DNA of 64,000 bases from Candidatus Dormiibacterota bacterium (GTDB lineage: Bacteria > Chloroflexota > Dormibacteria > Aeolococcales > Aeolococcaceae). The DNA lies in NCBI GenBank assembly GCA_963819095.1, contig CAWFUO010000006.1, forward strand, positions 1,280,002 to 1,344,001, written 5' to 3'. Below the pieces are notes generated by a model that was not told the origin of the DNA, ran no database searches, and worked only from the letters and a program-made list of their open reading frames with translations. Below are positions 18,821 through 29,163 of the stretch, in pieces. Numbering within the stretch: the first letter of the stretch is position 1; the number at the start of each line of letters is the position of its first letter. Made by a program: the position numbers and the translations under genes.

Positions 18821-19651
18821 ATGAATTCCGACCCCGGAGCAGGGGTGAGTGGCGAGGCGGCGGCCGGGGCGGAGCCGTCGTTGAAGCTGCGGGGCATCGA
18901 CAAGCACTTCGGTGCGGTCCAGGCGCTCTACCAGGTGAACCTGGATCTGCCCGCGGGGCAGGTCACCGGGCTGTGCGGCGACAACGGCGCGGGCAAGTCG
19001 GTGCTCACCCGCTGCATCGCCGGGGTCCATCAGATCGACCACGGGCAGATCTTCTTCGAGGGCCGGCCGGTGCACATCCGCACCACCCGCGACGCCGCCG
19101 GGCTGGGCATCGAGACCGTGTACCAGGACCTGGCCCTGGCCGACAACCTGGACATCGTCCAGAACATGTTCCTGGGACGGGAGCGGCTCAGCCATGGACT
19201 GCTCGACGAGGATTCCATGGAGCGGGCGGCGGCGGAGACGCTGAGCAGCCTGCGGGTGACCACGGTACGTTCCATCCGCCAGCCGGTGGCCTCGCTCTCG
19301 GGAGGTCAGCGCCAGTCGGTGGCGGTCGCCAAGGCGGTGATGTGGAACTCCAAGGTGGTCCTGCTCGACGAGCCCACCGCGGCGCTCGGGGTGGTTCAGA
19401 CCCGGATGGTCCTCGACCTGGTGCGCCGGCTGCGTGACCACGGCCTGGCGGTGATGGTGATCTCCCACAACCTCAACGACGTCTTCGAGGTGGCCGACCG
19501 GATCGCGGTGCTCCACCTCGGCAGGATGGTGGCGGAGGGACCGGCGTCGGGCTTCGACCGGCAGAGCGTGATCGAGTACATGACCACCGGCGGCAAGAAC
19601 GGGCGATCCACGGTGCCGATGGGCGCCACCACCGTCAAGGAGACCGCCTGA
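18821..19651 (+). CDS. sugar ABC transporter ATP-binding protein (single NBD), copy 1
   Basis: Walker A GDNGAGKS, signature LSGGQRQ, Walker B VVLLDEPTAALG, H-loop ISHN. Confidence 0.9.
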   Translation: MNSDPGAGVSGEAAAGAEPSLKLRGIDKHFGAVQALYQVNLDLPAGQVTGLCGDNGAGKSVLTRCIAGVHQIDHGQIFFEGRPVHIRTTRDAAGLGIETVYQDLALADNLDIVQNMFLGRERLSHGLLDEDSMERAAAETLSSLRVTTVRSIRQPVASLSGGQRQSVAVAKAVMWNSKVVLLDEPTAALGVVQTRMVLDLVRRLRDHGLAVMVISHNLNDVFEVADRIAVLHLGRMVAEGPASGFDRQSVIEYMTTGGKNGRSTVPMGATTVKETA

Positions 19652-19840
19652 GCCATGGCCGGGAGAGAGAACGACTCGCCGATCGCCGCCGCTGAGCCGG
19701 TGGTGGACCTGACCGCGGCGAGCACCGGAGCCGCGGCCGCCGAGGTCCCCCCGGAGCTGCTCGCCCAATCCCTGGGTCAGTACCTGCGCGCCTGGCTGCA
19801 ACGCATCCGCAGCGGCGACAGCGGCGTGCTTCCGGTGCTC
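18827..19840 (+). repeat. direct repeat copy A (~1014 bp, 1 mismatch) covering the ATPase gene plus the first ~62 codons of the permease
   Basis: Offset to copy B is exactly 2199 nt. ORF-track translations are identical in several frames and both strands (e.g. 18973-19437 vs 21172-21636; 19030-19275 vs 21229-21474). The only difference I saw is G19812 vs A22011. Confidence 0.9.
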
Positions 19841-21003
19841 TTCGGCATCATCGTCGTCGCCATTGCCTTCGAGATCATCAGCCCGGAGAATGCGTATCTG
19901 CGGGCGAGCAACCTCGTCTACATCTTCGCGCTGAGCACCGTCTACGTGGTCCTCGCCACGGCCGAGATCGTGGTGCTGCTCCTCGGTGAGATCGACCTGT
20001 CGATCGGGTCGGTTGCGCTGCTCGGCGGGACCATCGCCTTCAAGCTGGTGCAGCAGAACCCGGGCCCAAACTGGCCTTGGTGGGCGGCGATCCTGATGAC
20101 GCTGCTCTGCTGCGGTTTCATCGGAGCGATCCAGGGGACGCTCGCCGCGCGCTTGCGCATCCCGTCGTTCATCGTCACGCTCGCCGGCTTCCTGTTCTTC
20201 CAGGGCGTCATCGTGATCATCCTGGGCGGAGCCGACGGCACGCTCTCGGTGAGCGGGCAGATTCCCAATCAGAGCGTGATCTTCAACCTGGTGCAGGGGG
20301 TCATCGACCCAACGGCCGGCTGGATCGTCCTGGTTGTTCTGGTCGTCATCGCTGCGGCTGCACTGCTGTCCCGGGCAGCAGCCCCCGGCGCAACGGGCTG
20401 GTGGCGCCGCCGATGTCCCTGGTTGTGATCCGTATCGTCTTCATGGCCGCGGTCGGAGCCGGGGTCGTGGCCATCTGCGGAGCCAACCTTCCCTCGGGAG
20501 TACCCGAGGTGATCCCGATCGTCCTCGGCATCGTCGGGTTCTGGACGCTGCTGCTCGGGCGCACCAGGTACGGCCGCTACGTCTATGCGATCGGCGGCAA
20601 CCCGGAAGCGGCCCGCCGCGCAGGCGTCAACCTCGCGCTGGTTCGCACTGCTTCGTTCGCGCTGTGCTCGGCCACCGCCGGCTTCGGCGGGATCCTGCTG
20701 GGATCCTTCTTCTTCGGCCAGTACAGCACCAATGACGCCGATCCCGGGCAGCTCATCCTGTACTCGGTGGCAGCTGCGGTCATCGGCGGCACCAGTCTGT
20801 TCGGTGGGAGAGGCAAGCCGATCCACGGGCTCCTCGGTGGCCTGATGATCGGCGGCATCGCCTACGGCGTGTCGCTGCTGACCCTCGGCGAGCTGTCCAC
20901 GCCCCTCGAGTACATCCTTCCGGGTGCGGTGCTGCTGATCGCGGTCATGGTCGACGTCCTGTCGCGGCGCGGCGCCAGGACCGGGAGCGTCTCCCGTGTC
21001 TGA
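19655..21003 (+). CDS. sugar ABC transporter permease (XylH/RbsC-like), copy 1; apparent single frameshift at ~20.38 kb
   Basis: ORFs 19655-20428 and 20077-21003 together give a full permease (..GEIDLSIGS.., ..RYGRYVYAIGGNPEAARRAGV..). They join if the C5 run at ~20382 is C6. Length is 3n+2. Confidence 0.8.
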
Positions 21004-21850
21004 GCAGCCGGTACCGACTTCGTCGTCCGACCCCGGAGCAGGGGTGAGTGGCGAGGCGGCGGCCGGGGCGGAGCCGTCGTTGAAGCTGCGGGGCATCGAC
21101 AAGCACTTCGGTGCGGTCCAGGCGCTCTACCAGGTGAACCTGGATCTGCCCGCGGGGCAGGTCACCGGGCTGTGCGGCGACAACGGCGCGGGCAAGTCGG
21201 TGCTCACCCGCTGCATCGCCGGGGTCCATCAGATCGACCACGGGCAGATCTTCTTCGAGGGCCGGCCGGTGCACATCCGCACCACCCGCGACGCCGCCGG
21301 GCTGGGCATCGAGACCGTGTACCAGGACCTGGCCCTGGCCGACAACCTGGACATCGTCCAGAACATGTTCCTGGGACGGGAGCGGCTCAGCCATGGACTG
21401 CTCGACGAGGATTCCATGGAGCGGGCGGCGGCGGAGACGCTGAGCAGCCTGCGGGTGACCACGGTACGTTCCATCCGCCAGCCGGTGGCCTCGCTCTCGG
21501 GAGGTCAGCGCCAGTCGGTGGCGGTCGCCAAGGCGGTGATGTGGAACTCCAAGGTGGTCCTGCTCGACGAGCCCACCGCGGCGCTCGGGGTGGTTCAGAC
21601 CCGGATGGTCCTCGACCTGGTGCGCCGGCTGCGTGACCACGGCCTGGCGGTGATGGTGATCTCCCACAACCTCAACGACGTCTTCGAGGTGGCCGACCGG
21701 ATCGCGGTGCTCCACCTCGGCAGGATGGTGGCGGAGGGACCGGCGTCGGGCTTCGACCGGCAGAGCGTGATCGAGTACATGACCACCGGCGGCAAGAACG
21801 GGCGATCCACGGTGCCGATGGGCGCCACCACCGTCAAGGAGACCGCCTGA
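20996..21850 (+). CDS. sugar ABC transporter ATP-binding protein, copy 2 (identical to copy 1 from residue ~12)
   Basis: Same Walker A, signature and Walker B motifs as copy 1. The GTG start overlaps the stop of permease 1. Confidence 0.9.
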   Translation: MSEQPVPTSSSDPGAGVSGEAAAGAEPSLKLRGIDKHFGAVQALYQVNLDLPAGQVTGLCGDNGAGKSVLTRCIAGVHQIDHGQIFFEGRPVHIRTTRDAAGLGIETVYQDLALADNLDIVQNMFLGRERLSHGLLDEDSMERAAAETLSSLRVTTVRSIRQPVASLSGGQRQSVAVAKAVMWNSKVVLLDEPTAALGVVQTRMVLDLVRRLRDHGLAVMVISHNLNDVFEVADRIAVLHLGRMVAEGPASGFDRQSVIEYMTTGGKNGRSTVPMGATTVKETA

Positions 21851-22039
21851 GCCATGGCCGGGAGAGAGAACGACTCGCCGATCGCCGCCGCTGAGCCGGT
21901 GGTGGACCTGACCGCGGCGAGCACCGGAGCCGCGGCCGCCGAGGTCCCCCCGGAGCTGCTCGCCCAATCCCTGGGTCAGTACCTGCGCGCCTGGCTGCAA
22001 CGCATCCGCAACGGCGACAGCGGCGTGCTTCCGGTGCTC
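21026..22039 (+). repeat. direct repeat copy B
   Basis: See copy A. Confidence 0.9.
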
Positions 22040-23185
22040 CTCGGGATCGTTATCGTCGCTATCGCTTTCCAGATCGCCAACGGCAAGTTCCTTACGCCGC
22101 AGAACCTGGTCAACCTCTTCGAACAGAGCACCATCTACATGCTCCTGGCGATGGCCGAGATCTTCGCGCTCCTCCTTGGCGAGATCGACCTCTCGGTCGG
22201 GCTGGTCATGGGCCTGGGCGCCGTGCTGGTCGCCGAGATGATCCAACCCGATGGGCTGGGGTTGCCCTGGTGGGTGGCGATCATCGTGACACTGCTGCTC
22301 TGCTCCTTCGTCGGGTTGGTCCAGGGGAGCATGGTCGCCCGGCTCAAGATGCCGTCGTTCATCGTCACCCTGGGCGGTCTGCTGATTCTCGAGGGGGTGT
22401 GCATCATCGTGCTCGGGGGCAGCCTCGTCGGGATCGGCAACTCGCACTTCAACAACGAGGTGGTCATCTACGACCTCTTCTATGGAAAATTCTCGCCGCT
22501 GATCAGCTGGATTCTCCTGGCCGTCGTGGTGGTCGGGGCGGGCGGCTGGACCTGGTTCCGCGACTCGCAGCGGCGCCGGTCCGGCCTGGTGGCGCCGCCG
22601 GCGAGCCTCACCGCCCTGAAGATCCTGGTCGCGGCGGCCGCCGGGGTTGTCGTGGTCGCGGTCTGCAACGTCAACCGGGCGCATTTCGGAACCATCGTCG
22701 GCCTGCCCTACCTCATTCCGATCGTTCTCGTGGTGATGGTCGGCTGGACGATGCTGCTCCAGCGAACGCGTTTCGGGCGCTACGTGTACGCCATCGGCGG
22801 TAACCCTGAAGCCGCTCGTCGGGCCGGAATCAGCCTGCCCAAGATCCGCACGTGGGGCTTCGTCCTCGCGTCGCTGACGGCCGGCATTGCGGGCGTGCTC
22901 TTCGCGTCATGGCAGGTGTCGATCACGACCAATGTGATCAAGGATGCCAACACCTATGTCCTCCTCGCTGTGGCTGCCGCTGTCATCGGCGGGACCAGCC
23001 TCTTCGGCGGTCGGGGCAAGACGCTCCACGGGGTGCTCGGCGGTCTGGTCATCGGCAGCATCTACAACGGGCTCTTCCTGCTCGGAGTGTCGGCGGATTG
23101 GATCGACATCGTGGTCGCGTTGGTGCTGCTCGCCGCAGGAACCATCGACGTCCTCTCACGCCGCGGCGCGCAGCCTCGGGCCTGA
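21854..23185 (+). CDS. sugar ABC transporter permease, copy 2 (intact)
   Basis: 443 aa. The first ~62 residues are identical to permease 1 apart from one S/N substitution; the rest is only ~50% identical by eye (..GEIDLSVGL.., ..RFGRYVYAIGGNPEAARRAGI..). Confidence 0.9.
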   Translation: MAGRENDSPIAAAEPVVDLTAASTGAAAAEVPPELLAQSLGQYLRAWLQRIRNGDSGVLPVLLGIVIVAIAFQIANGKFLTPQNLVNLFEQSTIYMLLAMAEIFALLLGEIDLSVGLVMGLGAVLVAEMIQPDGLGLPWWVAIIVTLLLCSFVGLVQGSMVARLKMPSFIVTLGGLLILEGVCIIVLGGSLVGIGNSHFNNEVVIYDLFYGKFSPLISWILLAVVVVGAGGWTWFRDSQRRRSGLVAPPASLTALKILVAAAAGVVVVAVCNVNRAHFGTIVGLPYLIPIVLVVMVGWTMLLQRTRFGRYVYAIGGNPEAARRAGISLPKIRTWGFVLASLTAGIAGVLFASWQVSITTNVIKDANTYVLLAVAAAVIGGTSLFGGRGKTLHGVLGGLVIGSIYNGLFLLGVSADWIDIVVALVLLAAGTIDVLSRRGAQPRA

Positions 23186-23196
23186 TCCGTCTCCGC

Positions 23197-24414
23197 ATGA
23201 GCCCCATGGCCTCGCCGGAGTCGGTCCGGCGTCACAACCTGAGCCTCTTGCTCCGCCATCTCCATCAATCGGGGGCGCTCTCCCGGTCGGAGATCGGCGG
23301 CGCGCTGGGGATGACGCGCAGCACCATCGGCGAACTGGTGGCCGATCTGCGTGCGCGAGGTTTGGTGGAGGAAGGCGACCCCGCGCGGCTGGGAGCGCCG
23401 GGGCGCCCGTCGCTGGTCGCCCGCCCCAATCCGGAAGGCGCCGCCGCGATCACCGCCGAGATCGCGGTCAACTCGCTCTCCGCCGCGGTGGTCGGGCTCG
23501 GAGGTCGAATCCTGCATCGCGCGCGGGTGCCCCACCAGCCGCGCCGCCTCGCCGTCGATCAGACGATCGAAGACATCGGCAAGCTCATCCTCACCGCTCA
23601 GGCGTCGATCCCACCCGGCTGCTGGGTCTCCGGCCTCGGGATCGCGGTCGCCGGGGTGGTCCGGCGCGCCGACGGCTTCGTCCACTTCGCGCCGAACCTC
23701 GGCTGGCGCGATGTTCCCTTCGGCAGGCTCGTCGCCGACCGCCTCGGATCCAGCCTTCCCGTGACCATCGCCAACGAGGCGGACCTCGGGGCCCTCGCCG
23801 AGCACACATGGGGGGCCGGCGTCGGAGTCCATCACCTCGTGTATGTCTCCAGCGAGGTCGGCGTGGGCGGTGGCCTGGTGATCGATGGCCGGCCGCTCGT
23901 GGGCGCGGCCGGCTGCGCCGGCGAGGTCGGCCACTTTCAGGTGAATCCACTCGGCGAGCGCTGCCGTTGCGGCGCCATCGGGTGCTGGGAGATGGAGATC
24001 GGAGGGCCTGCGATCCTCCGCCGCATCGGCATCGCCGAGAAGAACTACAAGCCCGAGGCGGTCAGCCGGCTCCTCCGCGAGGCGGCATGGGGTGACCCGG
24101 TCGCGCTGGCCGCGGTGGAGGACGTTGGACGGTGGTTGGGCATCGGGCTCGCCGGCCTCGTCAACGTCTTCAACCCGCAGCGCGTTGTTCTCGGCGGCTG
24201 GCTCGCCACCATGTGGCCGATGGTCGAGCAGACCGTCGATGCTGAGTTGCGCGCGCGGGTCATGGCGCCATCCCAGGAGCTCGACGAGCTCATCAGGCCG
24301 ACGCAGCTCGGTGCCGATGGGCCCCTGCTCGGTGCCGCGGAGCTCGCGTTGACCAGAGTGCTCGACGAGCCGACCCTGGTGCCGCCCCGTTCGGCCGAGC
24401 GCCAGTCGGCCTGA
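23197..24414 (+). CDS. ROK family transcriptional regulator (XylR-like)
   Basis: N-terminal wHTH (RRHNLSLLLRHLHQSGALSRSEIGGALGMTRSTIGELV). ROK sugar-kinase fold with zinc motif GHFQVNPLGERCRCGAIGCWE. Start set at ATG 23197. Confidence 0.85.
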   Translation: MSPMASPESVRRHNLSLLLRHLHQSGALSRSEIGGALGMTRSTIGELVADLRARGLVEEGDPARLGAPGRPSLVARPNPEGAAAITAEIAVNSLSAAVVGLGGRILHRARVPHQPRRLAVDQTIEDIGKLILTAQASIPPGCWVSGLGIAVAGVVRRADGFVHFAPNLGWRDVPFGRLVADRLGSSLPVTIANEADLGALAEHTWGAGVGVHHLVYVSSEVGVGGGLVIDGRPLVGAAGCAGEVGHFQVNPLGERCRCGAIGCWEMEIGGPAILRRIGIAEKNYKPEAVSRLLREAAWGDPVALAAVEDVGRWLGIGLAGLVNVFNPQRVVLGGWLATMWPMVEQTVDAELRARVMAPSQELDELIRPTQLGADGPLLGAAELALTRVLDEPTLVPPRSAERQSA

Positions 24415-24426
24415 GCGCCGCGCCGT

Positions 24427-25872
24427 CTACCTGACGGCGCGGAGCGCGGGGTAGTAGTCGTGAAAGCGGTGCCGCGCCTCGCGGTAGGGTTCGATCCAGG
24501 CGGCGACCGGATCGACGACCTCGGTCACCCGGACGCACGCATGGATCGCCTGGTCGAGGTCGCGGTAGACACCGGAGGCGACGCCACCGAGGAGCGCGGC
24601 ACCGAACGCCGAGCCCTGGTCGGTGGCCATGATCTCGAGAGGCACCTCGAGCGCGCTGGCAACGATCTGCAGCCAGAGCCGGCTTCTGGACCCGCCTCCC
24701 GACACGCGTCCGCGCACCGCTTCCGCGCCGACACCGCGAACGGTGTCGAGGCAGTCGCGCAGCGCGAAGGCCACGCCTTCGAGGACCGCCCGGGTGAGGG
24801 CGCCGCGCTCGTGGGTGATCGAGAGACCGCAGAACGCGCCCCGTGCATCGGGGTCGGCGTACGGAGTCCGCTCGCCGGCGAGATAGGGGAGAAACGTCAG
24901 CCCGTCTGACCCGGGCGCGACCCGCTCCGCCTCATCGAGCATCGGGGCATAGGCCACGTCGGGAAGGAGCGTGTCGTGATACCAGGCCAGCGACCCGGCG
25001 GCCGACAACATCACGCCCATCACCATCCACCGATCCGGGACCGCATGGCAGAAGGCGTGGACGCGCCCTTCGCGATCCGGCAGGTAGTCTTTGGTCCCGG
25101 CGAGCACCACGCCCGAGGTGCCGAGCACCACTGAGAGCGGCCCCGGACCAGTGATGCCCGCGCCGACCGCGGCCGCCGCCTGATCCCCGGCGCCCGCGGC
25201 GACCGGAACGCCCTCGAAGCTGCCCACCAAATCGGTGCTCTCGGCAAGCTCCGGCAGCCACCACGGCGGGATGTCAAGCCAGGACAGCAACTCGCTGCTC
25301 CAGAGACGTGCCGCGACATCGAGGAGCAGCGTCCCCGACGCATCGGCCACGTCCATGCGGTGCACACCGGTCAGGTGGTCGCGCACGAAGTCCTTGGGCA
25401 GGCAGATCCGGCGGATGCGCTCGTAGGCGTCAGGCTCGTTGTCGCGCATCCAGAGCAGCTTCGGCGCGGTGAAACCCGGCAGCGCGCGGTTACCGGTGAG
25501 GCGCAGCAGGCGCTCCAATCCCTGGCCGGACTCGAGGAGTGCGCACTGTGGCGCCGAGCGCTGGTCGTTCCAGAGGATGGCGGGACGGATGGCGGCGCCG
25601 TCGGCGTCAAGGCAGACGAGCCCGTGCATTTGTCCTGAGAAGCCGATGCCGAGGATCTCCGATGTCTCGGCCCTGAGACGTGCGAGCACGTCCCGGGTGG
25701 CTGCCAACCATGCGTCCGGCTGCTGCTCCATCCAGCCGGCCTGCGGTGAGCTCACCGGATATTCGTGCTCCGCGGTGGCCAGCACGGTTCCCGACTCCGG
25801 GTCGATGGCGATGCCTTTGGCGGACGACGTCCCGACGTCGATGCCGACGAGCGCGCCAGAGGTCTGCGCCAC
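24427..25872 (-). CDS. xylB: xylulokinase
   Basis: LVGIDVGTSSAKGIAID, ..GFSGQMHGLV..ILWNDQR.., FGGY-family kinase. The GTG start lies 4 nt after the xylA stop. Confidence 0.9.
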   Translation of the reverse strand: MAQTSGALVGIDVGTSSAKGIAIDPESGTVLATAEHEYPVSSPQAGWMEQQPDAWLAATRDVLARLRAETSEILGIGFSGQMHGLVCLDADGAAIRPAILWNDQRSAPQCALLESGQGLERLLRLTGNRALPGFTAPKLLWMRDNEPDAYERIRRICLPKDFVRDHLTGVHRMDVADASGTLLLDVAARLWSSELLSWLDIPPWWLPELAESTDLVGSFEGVPVAAGAGDQAAAAVGAGITGPGPLSVVLGTSGVVLAGTKDYLPDREGRVHAFCHAVPDRWMVMGVMLSAAGSLAWYHDTLLPDVAYAPMLDEAERVAPGSDGLTFLPYLAGERTPYADPDARGAFCGLSITHERGALTRAVLEGVAFALRDCLDTVRGVGAEAVRGRVSGGGSRSRLWLQIVASALEVPLEIMATDQGSAFGAALLGGVASGVYRDLDQAIHACVRVTEVVDPVAAWIEPYREARHRFHDYYPALRAVR

Positions 25873-25876
25873 TGGG

Positions 25877-27030
25877 CTAGGAGCGAATGCCGAAGAGGTA
25901 GTCGAGCGCGAGCTGGTCGAGTCGCTCGAACGCCATGCCGCGCTCTGCAGATGCCTCGGCGTCAAAGCCTTGCGTCCGGATCGACGCGAGTGTCTCGCCG
26001 GGAGCGAGTGTTGTCTGCGCGAGCTGGTCGAGACGCGCCGCCACCCGTGCTGCCTGCACTTCGGGGTCGGCTCGAAACGCCTGGGTTCGGCTGCGCAGCA
26101 GGAGGTAGTTGCGCATGCACGCCGCCGCGCTTTCCCACACTCCGTCGATGTCCTCCGTCCGGGGCGGTTTGAAGTCGAAATGCCGCGGACCCTGATAGCC
26201 ACCGGACTCGAGGATGTCCACTGTCCAGAACGCGCCGCGCGCATTGCCGGCCCCGAACCGCAGATCCTGGTCATAGCGCGGGCCGTTCTGACCGTTCAGG
26301 TCGACGTGAAACAGCTTGCCGTGCCAGAGCGCCTGAGCAAGGCCGTGGGCGAAGTTCAGGCTCGCCATCTCCTCGTGACCCACCTCGGGGTTGAGGCCAA
26401 CCATCTCCGAATGCTCGAGCTCATTGATGAAGGCCAGCGCATGCCCGATGGTGGGAGGAAGATGTCGCCGCGTGGTTCGTTCGGCTTGGGCTCGATGGCG
26501 AAACGCATGTCGTAGCCCTGTTCGATGACATAGCCGGTGAGGATGTCGAAGGCTTCCTTGTAACGGTCGAGCGCGGCACGAACATCCTTTGCGGCGCCCG
26601 ACTCCGCACCCTCGCGGCCGCCCCAGAAAACGACGATTCCCGCACCCAGCTCTGCGGCGAGGTCGAGGTTATCCGCCACCTTACGGAGCGCAAAGCGCCG
26701 CACATCGCGATCGTTTGCCGTAAAGGCGCCATCGCGAAACACCGGATGCGAAAACAGATTGGTCGTCACCATCGGCACGACCAGACCGGCAGCGTCGACC
26801 GCACGCCGGAGACGGTCGATTGCGCTGCTCTTTTCAGCTGCCGTGGCATTGAAGGGAAAGACGTCGTTGTCGTGGAAGCTGACCCCATACGCGCCGAGTT
26901 CCGCCAGCTTTGCGACCGCCACCTCCGGGTCGAGTGGAGGACGGATTGCGGTGCCGAAAACGTCGACCCCCTGCCATCCGACGGTCCAGAGTCCGAATGA
27001 GAAACGATCGGCATGACTCGCTTGCAGCAC
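25877..27030 (-). CDS. xylA: xylose isomerase; apparent single frameshift at ~26.45 kb
   Basis: [14 protein letters not shown]...FHDND...[15 protein letters not shown] | (T)[28 protein letters not shown]. The halves join if one base is added after CTCCC. GAGGAGGA lies before the GTG start. Length is 3n+2. Confidence 0.9.
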
Positions 27031-27178
27031 AAGGTCCTCCTCGCGCCCACAGGGATCCTCGGAGCGTGCAAATGTGCCGCTCAGTGATCGCAATTGGCCT
27101 GGGCTCGGCGCAATTATACCGTGAGTTGAGAGAGGCTCCGGGAACTCAGCAAGAAGACTGCAAATCCGGGCGCGACGA

Positions 27179-29127
27179 TTACAAGAGAATCGTCACGGTG
27201 AACGTGCCAACGCCTGAAACACCGTCGTTATCGGTGACTGTGACTGTGATCCTGCTTGTGCCAAGGAGCGCGTTATACGTGTGCTTCAGCTTGAATGTCG
27301 CGCGCGTGAGCTTCAGCGCCATGGTGGGAGTGCCGTCGCCATAATTCACCGTTGCGGTGAAGGTGTGGCCGGCGAAGTCCGCGTCCGTGAAGCTACCCGA
27401 TCCGGTGAAGTTTCCTACCAGGGCAATGCCTCCAGTGACGGTGACCACCGGAGGCTCGTCCGGAGGCGGGGTGGGAGCCAGCGTTGGCGAAGGCGTGGGG
27501 GATGGAGGTGAGCTCGATGGAGCCGGGCTTGGGGTTGAGGCAGGCGGCGACGTGACGGGAATTGGAGTGGCGCCGGCGCCGCCCCCAGGATTCGTCGAGC
27601 CGTTGGTTCCGGTCGGTCCAGTTCCGGGGGCGGTCGAGGTGGTTTGTCCTGAGCTCGTTTGTCCCGAGGCGGTTTGCCGCGCGGCTTCGTTTGCCCGGGC
27701 GTCGAACCCCCGGTCGAGGCGCTCGGTCCACCAGGGCCCGATGCGCTGCCGGTCGCTGCACCAGGAACGCCGTCTGCGGAGACCACCGAGATGCCGGTGG
27801 TGGGCGTTGGGAGCGGCGCCGGTCGCGGCAGGACGTTGGGCGCGGTCACGGCGATGGCGGTGGTCCCGGCCATGACCGCGGCCCCCCAGTTCCATCCGAG
27901 CCGGTCCACCCAGCCGATCACCGGGAGCTGCGCAATCCACGACCCCATCCCGACGACACGCCAGAGCCGGCCCACCGAGATGTTGAGAAAGGCCCTGACG
28001 ACCACCGGGTCGAACTGCGCTCCCGAGCACTTGACCAATTCCTGGCGGGCCGCCGTTACGCCGATCGGCTTGCTGTACGGGCGCATCGCGGTCATGACTT
28101 CATACGAGTCCGCGACGGCGACGATGCGGCCGGCGAGGGAGATCTGGTCGCCGGCGAGCCCCCGCGGATAGCCACGTCCATCGAAGCGCTCATGATGGTG
28201 CGGCACGGCGCCCGCCCACTCGCCGAGCCACGCCGCCAGCGGTCCGATCAGGCGCGCCCCCTCGTCGGGGTGCCTGCGTACGCTGTTCATCTCCGCGCTT
28301 GTCAACTTCGCGGGCTTCGAGAGGATCTCCGACGGCACCACCAGCTTGCCGATGTCGTGCAGCAACGCGGCCCAGCGCAATCGGGCGCAATCGCCGGGTG
28401 CCAGCTTCATCTCGTCAGCGATGAGGTCCGAGAAGACGCGAACGCGCTCGGAGTGACCGCGCGTCTGACGGTCGTGCACGCTGAGCGCGGCCACCAGTTC
28501 GAGCACCGTCTGCATGTGCGCGACCTCTCCGCCGGTGATGCCCTTGTCGCGCGCCTCCTGAAGTTGACGCTGCAGATCTTTGGGCTTGCCGACGCGACGG
28601 GCGACAGCGAATCGCTTGGGCGCCTGGTCGGGGAACAGGAGTGACACGTTCAGGAGCGCCGCCAGCGGCAGAAGGCGGCGAGCTGCGCGTTCCAGCACGA
28701 TGATGGTCACGAGCATCACAAGGCTGACCATCGCGAAGGAGAGCGCGGCGGCAGCAAACCCGGTCGGTTGGGGGAGGACACGGGTCAGCAGGGTTCCCAC
28801 GGCGATACCGGCGACGGCCGGAACGATGACCACCGAGGCGCGCACGAGCAGGCTCAGGACGGGGCGACGCTGCCACTGATGGCCCGCTGGTGCAGCGTCC
28901 AGGGCAGGCGGCCGGGTGCCCTCAGTGATGTGTCGAACCCCCACGGGACCCCTACCCGCGAATGACCGAAGCGCTGGCCCGGGGAAGAGCCTTGGTAAAG
29001 ATTCGCGCGCCGAAGACGCTGTTACAGCAGTATTCGGAGTTCTGTGGCGTCTGAGTGACCCGCTCGTCGCAATCGCCCCTTCACACCGATCGATTGACTC
29101 GGGATCATGCGCGTCCCTACAGTGCAC
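27179..29127 (-). CDS. membrane HD-GYP phosphodiesterase with Pro/Ser/Thr-rich linker and C-terminal PKD-like domain; apparent frameshift in the linker (~27.65-27.73 kb)
   Basis: HD-GYP core: HSERV...LLHDIGK...[16 protein letters not shown] segments lie on both sides. The tail in a second frame reads [11 protein letters not shown]...[25 protein letters not shown] (PKD signature). The N-terminal start is uncertain. Confidence 0.7.
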
Positions 29128-29163
29128 TGCAATCGCGTCTGACCACGTCCGGAGGGGTGTGCC

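Noticed and set aside
20945-22684. 579-aa reverse-strand ORF (also 18704-19801, 12173-13213, 524-1306, 40633-41517, 45037-46302, 60773-62014 and 61599-63446, all on the reverse strand)
   Set aside because: These are antisense to genes with clear family motifs. They are extremely Arg/Gly/Pro/His-rich, low-complexity translations, the shadow ORFs expected in high-G+C DNA.
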